Assembly (NCBI GenBank): GCA_964247055.1
Contig: OZ176050.1
Span: 14,074,001 to 14,138,000 of the forward strand
Source: Paragordius varius
Lineage: Eukaryota; Animalia; Nematomorpha
DNA length: 64,000 nt
Direction: 5' to 3'
The first letter of the stretch is position 1; each line of letters starts with the position of its first letter. Of the stretch, positions 1-11,190 are shown piece after piece. A program made the translations under genes and the position numbers. Under the pieces are notes generated by a model. The model did not search any database and was not told where the DNA came from. It saw only the letters and a list, made by a program, of their open reading frames with translations.

Positions 1-642
1 TTTTTGAATTACGCATTTCTACGTTTAACTTGAGAGACGTAGACATTTTTTTAAAATATTATTGTTTTGCTTGTTATATGTAGTATATGATATATTTTAG
101 TAATATTTTTGGAATGAACCATTATAATTTTCACCAAAAAATCTTATTTAACAAAATATGCTCAAATTTCGACATTTTCTGATATGATATGGAGGCACAA
201 ATGCTAATAACTTTCTTAAATCTTACTCGTAAGCCCAAGTCAAAGCCAAAACGAGGCGTAACTTGCATTTCTGGCGCCCATTGGATGAAACCGTAATATC
301 GCCCCCTCTTTTCCTCCCCCTATCTACTGGTCGGAGGTGTACACTTTGGTATAAAATCTTTTTAATATACCCCCTTTACATGATTGTTTTATAGTTTTTT
401 TTCTTCTATTGAAATATTGTGATTCTAATAAAATTTTATGGTCCAAAAAAAATAGATAATAAATATATTTCATTACATAGGCTTCTTTTGGTGTAACACC
501 TAATAGTAATCATTAAAGTAAATATTGACTGATGCATCATCCAAATACATCAATTTTCAGTCGACTAAGATAATAAAAATTGTTTATTTGTAAATTGGCA
601 AATTTTTAGCTTAATTCATTTAACACATTTTTAATTTCAGCC

Positions 643-3600
643 ATGTTGATAAGCAACTATTCACTGATCATTTTATCGATAACTTCACTATTTTTGATTC
701 TAAGCCATATCGGTAAAAATTAACTTAAATTGATTTTAAGGGTCAAGAATTTAATCTTTGTCTATTAATTTTTTAGATGCCCTCATACCAAATGATCAGG
801 ATATTCAAACAATATTGGAATTGCATAATCGAGAACGTTCCAACCTAAATGCGAAAACAATGATGAAACTGGTATTTTAATTTTGAAACTTTTTAACTAT
901 ATCTATATATGGGTATTTTTATAAAAAGTAATCTAAATATAATGCCTATTACCATATACCATTTATAATTCAAATTTATCCTATAAATAAATTATGTGTT
1001 TTCGGTATATATAACTCATCATTAATATGAATATTCTTATGGCATATTTTATTATTTTTTCAGTATTATATTAATTATAAACAAAATTTCACCTTCTAAA
1101 TATATAAAAAAATATAAGTAATTTTTGATTTTAGAAAACCATATAATTTATTTTAGGGTTAATTTTAATTGTTTGAGGGTGAATTTGAATTGTTCAGGGT
1201 AAATTTGAATTGTTCGGGTGTGAATTTGAAATGTAAATGGTATATTTTTATATTTAAACTCAAATATTTATAATAAATCTCGACGGGCAAAGCATGGTAA
1301 ATCAGTCGATTTCGGCCATTTTGTTATAAATGAAAAACTTAAAATGTTGTATGATGGTTAACTATGTTTGAATCAATATAAAACTGCGTCATAATATAGA
1401 TAATAACAAACAAATAAAGCAAACACATATAGATAAATAGTAGTCAACTAATGGTTTAATAAGAAAGAATAGGGTGATCATATTGATTTTAAAAATTAGT
1501 ATAGGCTGTAACTTATTATACAAAACATTAATCTTTGTTAATTTTAACAAACCCTGTTTAAAGACAAATTAGAAATATAATAAAAAAACATATTTTGAGC
1601 TCTGTATATCAACAAATGATAAAATCAATCCGGGGTATAATATTATAAGCTTAAAAACAACCCAAAATTATTTAATATTCTCTTAGTTTGGTTTCAACTA
1701 TCCATTAACTAGAGGTAACGATTTCGTGTGTGCAATAATTAAAACATATATAGTTTTTCAGGGTTTGACAACTAAGCCAAATCAAACCGCTTCTATTTGA
1801 GCACAAAGGGAAATGTTAATTACATATATGTAATAGCCAGGCAGGTTATCCCGTTAAACTCAAACATTGAATGCCTAAAAAGGCTGTTACATTTAATTAT
1901 TTTATATCAATATCATAGGAGTGGTATGCAGAAGGCGCAAAACAAGCAGAAAAAAATGTTGCCGACTGTATTTATAAGCATGATGACCCAAAAACAGCAG
2001 GTTAGAAATTTTAAAATTTAAAAAATTGAAATATACCATTTACGATTCAAATTTAACTTAAACAATTCAAACCTTGAACAATTTAAATTTACCCTAAAAA
2101 ACAATTATGTCTCGAACTAATATAACCCATTATTAATTTGAAATATGTCTTTATGGCATAGTTATTATTTTTTCGGTATCCTTTTAATTTTAAACAAAAT
2201 TTAATTTTTTTAAAATATATATTAAATATAGGTCATTTTTAATTTGAAAACACATAATTTATTTAAGGGTAAATTAAATTGTTTAAAGGTGAATTTGAAT
2301 TGTTCAAAAGTTAATTTGAATTGTTCAAGGGTGAGTTTGAAATGTAAATGGTATGTATTTTTTTATATACTAACATATAAAAATGCTTTAAATAAATTAG
2401 AAGGAAGTCTAAATAAAATCGTTTATAATTAATTTTAATTTATTATTAGATTTTCCCGAAGGAGGTGGTCAGAACATTGCTGCGACTTACGGTACTACTG
2501 ATTGGGAATATGCTTTTAATGGCTGGAACGATGAAAAACATTTATTTAAGTAATAATAGGCCCTTATTGCTCTAATGATAATATAGATTAAATTATAAGG
2601 ACAAATCATAAAAAAAGTGTTATTACAATGTAAAGAGATTGTAAAATATTGTTCTATTAAAAAATATGTATTATTAAGTTTAAACGTTTTTTTTATTATT
2701 TTATTTTAACTGTATTTGATAGATACGGTGATAATTTTCAGGATTATCGAGCAATCGGCCATTATACCCAAGTATGAAACTAATTACCTTTCAATTATTT
2801 TATTAAAAATGAATTTAGAGTAAAAATTAAATTTACATAGACAAAATGTAAGTGCTACAAGACAAATATTTTTTTCAAAGGCAACCAGACTTTTTTATAT
2901 CTTAAATCTTCTAATATAAACTATTTAATTACAGCTGTAATATATATAATTGATTGTTTTATAAACATTACAATTTTAAACATTGATTTTATCTGACAAA
3001 AACAATTAAGGGTATGGTCGTCAAAAAAAAACATATGTCTTTATGTTTATACATTTTGTTAGTATAATATCAATTTTAACCGTATTGATAGATTGTTTGG
3101 GCAAATACAAGGTTGATAGGCTGTGCCCTTAAAATCTGCCCAACGGAAACTTTATACGCTTGTAATTATTATCCAGGGTAACTATATTTTATATATTACT
3201 AATTGTATATATTTATATATATAAGCTTTTACGGTTTTATTCAAAAATTGAAACGGTTAAATGTTAAACTATGATTAAAAGTGATTGGCAATTTAAAATT
3301 TATCATACCTTGCCTCTCGACAAATATTAATTATAATACAATCCCACATTTAGCGGTAATGTGCAAACCTATATAGGCATCCCATATGAAAAATCTGTAA
3401 ATAATCAAACCTGCATCTGTCCATCGAACGGGAAATGTTCAAAACAATATCCGAGTCTTTTGGAGACATGTGGTAAAGAAAAAACATTTTTTTACAATAT
3501 AATTATTTGATATCATCAAAATTAATTTGTGTTATTTTTGACATACCCATGTCAATTTATATCAAATATAACTACAGACATACATAATTTTTGAGGTCGA

Positions 3601-4846
3601 TTTTAAAGCACAGTAAAAATTGAAATTATGCGGACAAAACGTTATAATATAAACACACATTTTTCAAAATACAACCATACTTTTTCAAACCTCAATTTAT
3701 CCTAAAAATTGTTTAATAACATTCGAAAACATGTAATTGAGATTTTGTTACCATATACATCCCTATTTCATTCTTTGCAATCCTTAAAAATGAGGTAAAT
3801 TAAAAATTTAGACTTAAAAAGCATGGTGTCTTTTAGAAAAAATATTAGCCTTTATTTACCTTTTGTCCGTATAATTCCAATTTTTACTGTATCTTCCTAT
3901 GTGCATATAATAAAAGTACTATTTATGATAATTTTTCTTAAGGATCCTAACCCACATTTGACATAATTTGTTTTAGATTTGTGTACAAATAAATATTCGA
4001 ATTGTGAATCAATTTGCACTGGTAACCGTGAAATCTGTAATTTGTCTTGTGATCCTGCCTGCATTTCTCAAACATGGCCTCCCCATAAAAAGAATTTGCC
4101 TAACGTTGCTTCCAACAAATTGCCCCCCATGTTTAACAATAATAATAATACCAATGTTAAAAGGTATCCTGATCATAGCGAAAATCATAATTATAACAAT
4201 AAAAATGTTGGCCGAATGCCTAACCAAGAGCACAATTATAATTTTGGATGGAGATCTTACGATTGGCACAGATTTTCAAATCATCAAAGACCACGTAAAT
4301 ACAAAATTATATCCGTATAAACAAATAATTGACGAATATTGAAATACACTGATAGAAGGCGTGATGGTATAGTACCCGAAACTACGCAATTTTTCTATTA
4401 TCAGTGTGAGCCCTAGAGGGCAGGCGAGTGTTAGAGCCTTCACATGTCAGGATACAATTTAAGTCCTTATCCTATTATAAAATAGGGAAAAAAGAAACTC
4501 TAAACTGTTTATTTTATTGAAATATACTGATAAAATGTGTTAAATATAAAACAGATATTATTTTAAAAAAGACAACCATGTTTTTTGATCTTGATTTGCT
4601 GTTATGCAAGATAACTCAAAATTATTGAAAGTAGAATTGTATTATTTAATAACATCGTTTTTTAGTTTTTTCGTTTTATCTGTATAATTTAAATTTTTCG
4701 GTGTATTAGAGGTGCACGATTTCTATGATAACCCTAGTCTAGAGGATCAAAGTAAAGTCTTAGACCCTGTGGATTATTATGAATCATCGCTTGAACACAA
4801 CCCACCAAAAAACAGAAATCGCAATCGATATTGGAATTTCTTTTGA
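643..4846 (+). CDS. Secreted CAP/SCP (CRISP/antigen-5/PR-1) domain protein with Cys-rich hinge, ICR/ShK-like Cys module and Asn/His-rich tail; 9 exons
   Basis: Exons 643-712, 777-870, 1919-2000, 2450-2549, 2723-2772, 3092-3177, 3354-3472, 3977-4294 and 4710-4846 splice in phase. Signal peptide MLISNYSLIILSITSLFLILSHI; CAP motifs ILELHNRER, MMKLEW, CIYKH, GQNIA, WNDE, GHYTQIVWANTRLIGC, CNYYPGGN; C-terminal CTNKYSNCESICTGNREICNLSCDPAC. Confidence 0.9.
957..1242. mobile_element. Foldback-like MITE, family F1 (TACCATTT termini, 21-bp subterminal units)
   Basis: TATACCATTT...AAATGGTATA ends; right arm has about 4 GGGTGAATTTGAATTGTTCAA units; lies in CAP gene intron 2. Confidence 0.8.
2034..2353. 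mobile_element. Foldback-like MITE F1
   Basis: Same termini and 21-bp units on both arms; CAP gene intron 3. Confidence 0.8.
3611..3889. mobile_element. Tc1/mariner-type MITE (TIR CAGTAAAAATTGAAATTATACGGACAAAA, TA target site)
   Basis: About 30-bp inverted termini; related copies at 5570-5861, 8855-9128 and 50687-50960, plus a remnant at ~2830-3060. Confidence 0.75.
4358..4510 (+). mobile_element. Putative tRNA-derived SINE-like repeat
   Basis: Starts GGCGTGATGGTATAGT, resembling the 5' end/A-box of eukaryotic tRNA-His. 4375-4510 recurs in reverse complement at 8158-8290, where a GTTCGAACCCC B-box is retained. Confidence 0.45.
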
Positions 4847-5569
4847 TCAGGAAAATAAATGTTTGACAAACTATTTCCATTAATTAAGCATTATAAACAA
4901 TGAAAATTTATGATGACATATTATGGTTTAATAAATTTGCTGAGCTCATAAATTAAAAAACTAAAGTAGGCAGATTTCCAAGTAAATCCCTAATATACGG
5001 AAGGTTGGAAATTAAATTTTTTCGAAAGCGATTGTTTATAATTGTAGGCAACAACAGATCAAAAGAGTGATAAATTTGCTATCATTGTGGTTTATAAAGA
5101 TGTTTTTAAATGCTTGTGCTTTTTCATCAATGATGAATCATATTTTAAAAAACTAATTTGGTCACCCTTTTATGCATGGGTTAAAAAAATTTAAAATGCT
5201 TTCAATCACTTACTTTTATAGCCGTAATAAAACTATGTATTATGATAGATTATAATGTATTCTTAATGATTTTAAGTATTTTTGTCTGCTATACTAAAAT
5301 TAATGGTCTCCAAAATCGATATGTTATCGCAAGAAACTGTGAAATTATTAAAAAAATTTAACTTGTCTTCTTTTGTGAGTTAATACTGTAAAAAGTTTTA
5401 CGTCTCACTTATTTTAATCGAATCTTGGCAATTAAATCTTTGTTTGGATATTAGTGTATATGATAAGCCTTAAATGAGTGAGTGAAACGTTAAGTACCCT
5501 ATAACAGTCTGCTAGAAACCGATTGGACCACTCAAACTATAAAATTAGTACTATCTTTGATTAAAAATA

Positions 5570-5861
5570 CAGTAAGAACTGAAATTATACGGACAAAATG
5601 TAAAAATATAATATAATGACAAATATTTTTTCAAGACAACCATACTTTTTAAAAACTCAATGTTTCCCATATACGATACTTAGTTACAATTGTAAATATA
5701 GAATTGATTGTTGGTTTTATATATCTCTATTTCATAATTTGCCATTTAGAACAATGAGTTATATTGATATAAATCTAGAATAAAAAGTATGGTTTTGGTT
5801 GTCTTTTAGAATAATATTTGTCTTTTTTTACGTTTTGTCCGTATAATTTCAGTTCTTACTG
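5570..5861. mobile_element. Tc1/mariner-type MITE (CAGTA family)
   Basis: TA-CAGTAAGAACTGAAATTATACGGACAAAA ... TTTTGTCCGTATAATTTCAGTTCTTACTG-TA: near-perfect TIRs with a TA duplication. Confidence 0.85.
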
Positions 5862-6260
5862 TAAAATGGTTAATTTTTTTTATTTAAAGACAAACCCACA
5901 ATTTAAACTGTGACCAAAATAAAATACCACAAAGATATGGTATCAAATAAATCAATTGATGTTTGCCATGATAAAAAATACCCGTAAAAAAGTTGAACTA
6001 GGAAATAAACTCATCAATTTATACAATTATTGAGAAATTTCTAGATATGTCTTTACCTACTTTAATGTATACATGCTATTTAATTTAGATTTTGTTGAAA
6101 AAGTATTCGGGGGAAATTTAAGCAATATTAGTTGTATATTATTTAATCATAAAATAATTTTAAAATTTATTTCAATAATAATAATAATGATAATATGATA
6201 ACGATAGCACTTTCTACCAAATGGTAAAAAAACAAATTTATATGTAAAAAAATACGGTTT

Positions 6261-9200
6261 TTAATTAGCAAAAGATTCCGTCAAATGTTGAATAAGTTTA
6301 ATAATCCATGCTAAACCTGGTATAAAGCTAATGAAATAGCTTACAAGTGATAAATATTCACCTTCATCGATTGTGAATACCTATATAAATATAATCATTA
6401 AAATTGGAAACACAATAAAAATTTAAAATTTTATATTTTTAACCGTGATTATCTATAAAACCTCTATCCTTTAGCGTTACAAAAATAAGGAATAGACATG
6501 TGAAATGGTATCATACACTCAATTTTATCAAACTGTTTAATGATTATTAGTAAAAGATAACAAATTAATTTTTTTTCACAAGAAAATTAACATTTTAAAT
6601 TTTTGTATTTTCGTATTCATGTGATTTAAAACTTTATTTTAAAACAAAAAACATAAAACATCATCAAAAAAGAAAAAAAATCAAACCTTTCTTTGGTTTA
6701 AAGATCGTTGTAGGGCAGCTCTGGCCTGATTACGATTCGATAAAGCCGTAATGTTTTGTACATTAAGGAGATTGTTAACATTATAATTGATTGTTCCACT
6801 CACTTGCTTAGTGTTGGGTGTCATATTAAAATTTATTCTGCCGGGTGTTACAAACTGATATAATTATAAAAAACTTATGTTAAGATTAATTTTTAATATA
6901 TAATTTTAAACAGATACAACCACCCCTTTGTTCAATAAACAGCGTCTATAAACTAATTAGCTCTTACTGATTATAATAAACTTTTCAATTTTAAAAATTC
7001 TATTTTCAAGCTTTGATCGTTAAAATGAAGAAAATTATTTTATTCATATTTTGCGTTGATTATACCATTTAAATATCCAAATAACCCTTGAACATACAAA
7101 TTCACTATACCATTTACACTTCAAGAGTGTCCTTGAACAATTCAAGTTGGTCCTTGAACAATTCAAGTTGATCCTTGAACAATTCAAGTTGGTCCTTGAA
7201 TTCAAGTTGGTCCTTAAAATTTATAAATTTTGATTTAACCATAATTTTTGCATTTTTTTTTATTTAATTATTTATTAACCTAATTTTCTTTATTTATTAT
7301 ATATTTATTCATTTAAAAATAAATTTTTTTTATTGAAAAACCACTTTTTTTGTTTAAAACTATTTTTTTTCAATTGAACAAAATTATTGACTTTTAAATG
7401 TTTTTAATGAAAAAATTTAATTAATAACCCAGAAAACTTATATATTTTTTCATTTCGTGTTAAAATATAAATATTTAAATTTATTTTCAGAAATTAATAA
7501 AGATATACGGTTTTTAAAAGATTAAAAGTTGATATCGATTTAAAATTTATGCTAAATAATAGAAAATAGGTTAAAAACAATAAAATAGACGAATTATTTT
7601 CGATTTGATTGATAAAAGTTAAAAACAAAACAAAAAAGTTAAAGGACCAACTTGAACTGTTCAAGGACCAACTTGAATTGTTCAAGGAAACTTGAATTGT
7701 TCAAGGACACTCTTGAAGTGTTAATGGTATATTAAACATTTACAAAATAACCCTAAAAAATTATATGTTTTTGAAGATCAAAAAATATTTAGAAAATTCT
7801 TTTAAAAATATAATTTTGTATAAATCTAACATAACATACAAAAAATATTAGGCCAAATAAAACTATATCATATCAAGAAATAGTTAAAGAGCCCCCAAAA
7901 CACATCATTCATTTTCAAGGTTATCGTAATGTCTGAGGGTAAATATGAAATGTTCAAGGGTGACGTAAATGGTTTAACCTGCAGACAATTCAAGAAGATC
8001 TAACGAACCATATAATTGGATGCAGACTTAGCTCATAAAAGTACGTTATGGAGAAAACAATTACAAGAGACTACGCGTTCCTTTTGGGATAACCTCTTGA
8101 ATAAACTTTTGTCTTTTAACTATTAAGATTTTTATGTTTTATTAATTAAAAAAATATACAGTTTAGAGTCTCTTTTTTCCTTTTTATTAAAGGGTAAGAA
8201 CTTAAATTGTATCCGGACACATGTGAAGGCTTTAACACTCGCCTGCCCAGGGCTGACAGTGATGATGGATAAAATGCGTAGTTCCGGGGTTCGAACTCTG
8301 GCATATAAATTATTATTAAGTTTTATATTTTATAACGGCCAACAAAGTTTTATTGGCACCTCTCCGTGGTGTTGACTGGGGCATGAAAATGCGCTAATAG
8401 CGGAGGCCAGTTTCTAACAATCTGTAAAATCATTAGTTTTACACAAGGAGCATGTATTAAGTAAAAAAATCGCCTCAATTTACCCACGAAGGATAAAATA
8501 CTATGAATATGAAATATTTCGTGGTACGAAAACTCCAAATCCGGAGTCCTACCCTTTATGATAATGATATTGATGATTAAGTAAAAACTCGAACCTTTTC
8601 TTCGTTAACATTGGTGATAGAGGATGGTTTTATAGGCATAACTCCAATCATTACAGTTAAACAATTTTGTGAAATATCGTTTGATTCAATTAATCTGCCA
8701 TTTTGTCTCAAAGCTTGACAAGCCTCTAATTTGCTCGCGTAACGTAAATCAATCCAGTTTCCACACTCTGAAGCAAACTAATATACATAATATATATATA
8801 TGTATATATGCACACAATTCACATTATAATTGCCGATTGTCAACAAGTAACGTACAGTAAAATTTAAAATTATACGGATAAATCGTAAAAATATAAAGAT
8901 AACCATACTTTTAATACCATAATTTATCCTATAACAATCATTTAATTACAATTGTAAAATAAACAAATAATTTGTTACCAATATACATCTCTATTTTATA
9001 TTTTACAGTTTTAAACAATGAGTTTTATTTTATAAAATCAAGATATTAAAAGTATGGTTGTTGTAGTTTAAAAAAAATATTTGTCTTTATATTTTTACGT
9101 TTTGTCCGTATAATTTCAATTTTTACTGCAAATGGGTATAAAAACAACAAAAATGTCGAAAAACAATTTTATCCTTTAATTTATATAATGATGGAGACAA

Positions 9201-10000
9201 AATTTGTTTTAAAACACACGCTACTGTAGCATTACCAATTAGCCACAATAATTATGAAAATAAATAAAAAAAATCAATAGGAACTTTAAAAAAGATTGCA
9301 ATATATATGTGCATCAAATTTTAAGTTATTAACAATATCTGGAGTTGTATGACATAATCTAATAGGTTTTTATGAAAAATGTACAATCTTGTAAATATGT
9401 CCTTTCCAGAAGATAACATGTCAAAAAAACTAACCTTGTGTTCAATTATATCGCCATATTCAGAAAAGATGGCAATGATAAGATTCGTAGCGGAATTAGG
9501 AAACCTGTAAAAATATAAATAAAATTGTTTTACCCAAAAACCCGAATCCAAAATTGATTTTGGCCTTCATAAAAAGAGTATGGATAATTTATGCTTTGGT
9601 CCGGATTAATGGAAAAACTAAATTTTTTTTAAAAAAACTCTACTTTTGGGTATTGTTTGATAAAAATGTTTTAGATTGATTTGGAAGTTCAAATGAATCT
9701 TGCATGTCTTCATCCATCATTTCTTTAACCGGTGGTTTATTTCTAGATATTTTATCAGGAGATACTTTAAAAAATAAGATGAGGGTGGTGTTTTGGGATA
9801 AGCTTGGTTCTTGGGTTCAAATGTATCTGGAGCAAATTTAATGGTTCTGTTTTTAGGACTCGAAAAAGAAGAGTTGACAGTTTTGTTAGCATTATATATT
9901 TTTTGCTAAATCTATTAAATAAAAACCATACAGTTTCTGGAGAGTTTGTGCCAAACAAGTAGTTGGGCAAATAATCCTTTCTGACGGGGCGCGTTTCCAT
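6261..10000 (-). CDS. NUP35: Nucleoporin Nup35/Nup53 (RRM-like domain, C-terminal amphipathic helix); 8 exons
   Basis: Exons 10000-9932, 9905-9766, 9742-9644, 9617-9534, 9504-9435, 8777-8595, 6854-6687 and 6380-6261 join in phase. They give WIRVFGFPNSATNLIIAIFSEYGDIIEHKFASECGNWIDLRYASKLEACQALRQNG...VMIGVMP, matching the Nup53 RRM consensus (WVTVFGFP...GNWMHIRY.SKLQARKAL..DG...MIGV); N-terminal YLPNYLFG. Confidence 0.85.
7108..7729. mobile_element. Foldback-like MITE, family F2 (unit TTGAACAATTCAAGTTGGTCC), nested in an F1 copy
   Basis: TA-TACCATTTACACTTCAAGAGTGTCC ... GGACACTCTTGAAGTGTTAATGGTA-TA; 3-4 tandem 21-bp units per arm; F1 remnants at ~7062-7105 and ~7930-7975 flank it. Confidence 0.85.
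7975..8100 (+). pseudogene. 3' remnant of an RTE-like LINE ORF
   Basis: Frameshifted translation TIQEDL...ADLAHKSTLWRKQL resembles the C-terminus of RTE reverse transcriptases. Confidence 0.35.
8158..8302 (-). mobile_element. Second copy of the tRNA-derived SINE-like repeat
   Basis: Reverse complement of 4375-4510; B-box-like GAGTTCGAACCCCGG. Confidence 0.45.
8337..8404 (+). ncRNA. HDV-like (delta-like) self-cleaving ribozyme, solo copy with decayed P2
   Basis: P1 GGCCAAC/GTTGACT, P3 ACC/GGT, L3 TCTCCGT, P1.1 GGG, P4 GCAT-GAAA-ATGC, J4/2 GCTAA. It is followed by ~120 nt homologous to the RTE LINE 5' UTR at 24850-24956. Confidence 0.75.
8855..9128. mobile_element. Tc1/mariner-type MITE (CAGTA family) in a NUP35 intron
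   Basis: TA-CAGTAAAATTTAAAATTATACGGA ... TTTTGTCCGTATAATTTCAATTTTTACTG. Confidence 0.8.
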
Positions 10001-10669
10001 TTATTTAAGAATTTCGCAATAATTAAAAGTGAATATTCATATGACCATATGAAATTTTTAGATATATACTTAAATCCTCAATTACGGGGTAGTTATAATA
10101 ATATATATATTAAAATATATATATATACAGTCGAATTTAAAATTATGTTTTTTTAGTGCTGTAGGCGGATTATATCATAAAATTGTTTTTAAAAAAATTT
10201 AAAATTGTAAATTTTCATCACAAAATTTTTTGCCGCCATTTTTTTCAAAAAAATTTTATATCACCAATGCAACAGGGAAAATGTATTATAATTTGAATTA
10301 ACTTTAGAAGCTTGCAGGCAAAATTTCTTTACCAGCAAAATTTTATATATTTTGATTTTAATATCAGCTGTTTGCTTCATTGGCGTTTGGGAACTGACCC
10401 AATTTTATATGCTAAAGCAATAAACTGTAAAAAAACTTTTATCTAATACATCTAAACAATGTTGAATTATTTTTAACTATAATAACGAAAACTGTAGTTA
10501 ATTTAAAAAATTAGGCTCTGGGATATAAAACTACCCCAAAAAGTAATATAGTACAAACAAACGAAAAGTTAAGGAAGTTTTAACTTTATTATCTTTTAGG
10601 GTAGTTTCTAACCCGAAAGCCATTTTTAATTTAAAATTCTAATTGGTCGATAAAACCAAAATCATTCAT

Positions 10670-11190
10670 TTTCCTTCGATTCAAATTAGGTTATTTAAAT
10701 ACCCCTGTTTAAAATCAAATATTTTAGAAATATAAAATTTGAAGCGGCAAATAGTTGCACTTAAATAACATTATAAACCAATATATAACAAAAACTCATT
10801 TAAAAATACTTGATATTACATATTTTAATAAGACTTAAAGGTAAAAATTTAATTAGCCTGACATGTCTGCATTACCTAAATTTAAAAATAATATAAAATA
10901 AACCGTTTTTCTTTCTATCAATGTTAGCTGTGATTAAATTAAAAATTAGAGTTGATTGTAGTTTTAATTAATGAACTTAATATTTTGAAAAAATGTTGTT
11001 AAATAAAAATGGCGTAGAAATAGTTTGATACGAAACTTTTTTACAAAACTAAATTTATTTAGAGACGGCTTATTTATATATTATATAGAAAAGAAGCATA
11101 AATTTAAATTGAGTCCGTTTCCTTAAGTGGTTTTTAAAAATATCAACTCAAATATAGTCTGGGGCATTTAGATACCCCAATTTGAATCGG
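10670..11190. mobile_element. Degenerate TTAA/CACTT (piggyBac-like) MITE
   Basis: Contains CTTCGATTCAAATTAGG...ATACCCC and GGGGCATTTAGATACCCCAATTTGAATCG, shared with the 32175-32747 family. Confidence 0.6.

Noticed and set aside
4004-4342. Overlapping 112-aa ORF in a second frame, and antisense ORF 4009-4269
   Set aside because: The CAP gene's Cys-module frame explains the sequence; these frames are Ile-rich artefacts of AAT repeats.
8228-8336. An intact tRNA or Pol III promoter driving the ribozyme on the + strand
   Set aside because: No full cloverleaf forms. The B-box is palindromic, and the 4358 copy indicates the tRNA-like head faces the opposite way.
9767-10000. ORF-track proteins 9767-10000 and 9321-9551 as separate small genes
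   Set aside because: They are read-throughs of micro-introns in NUP35.
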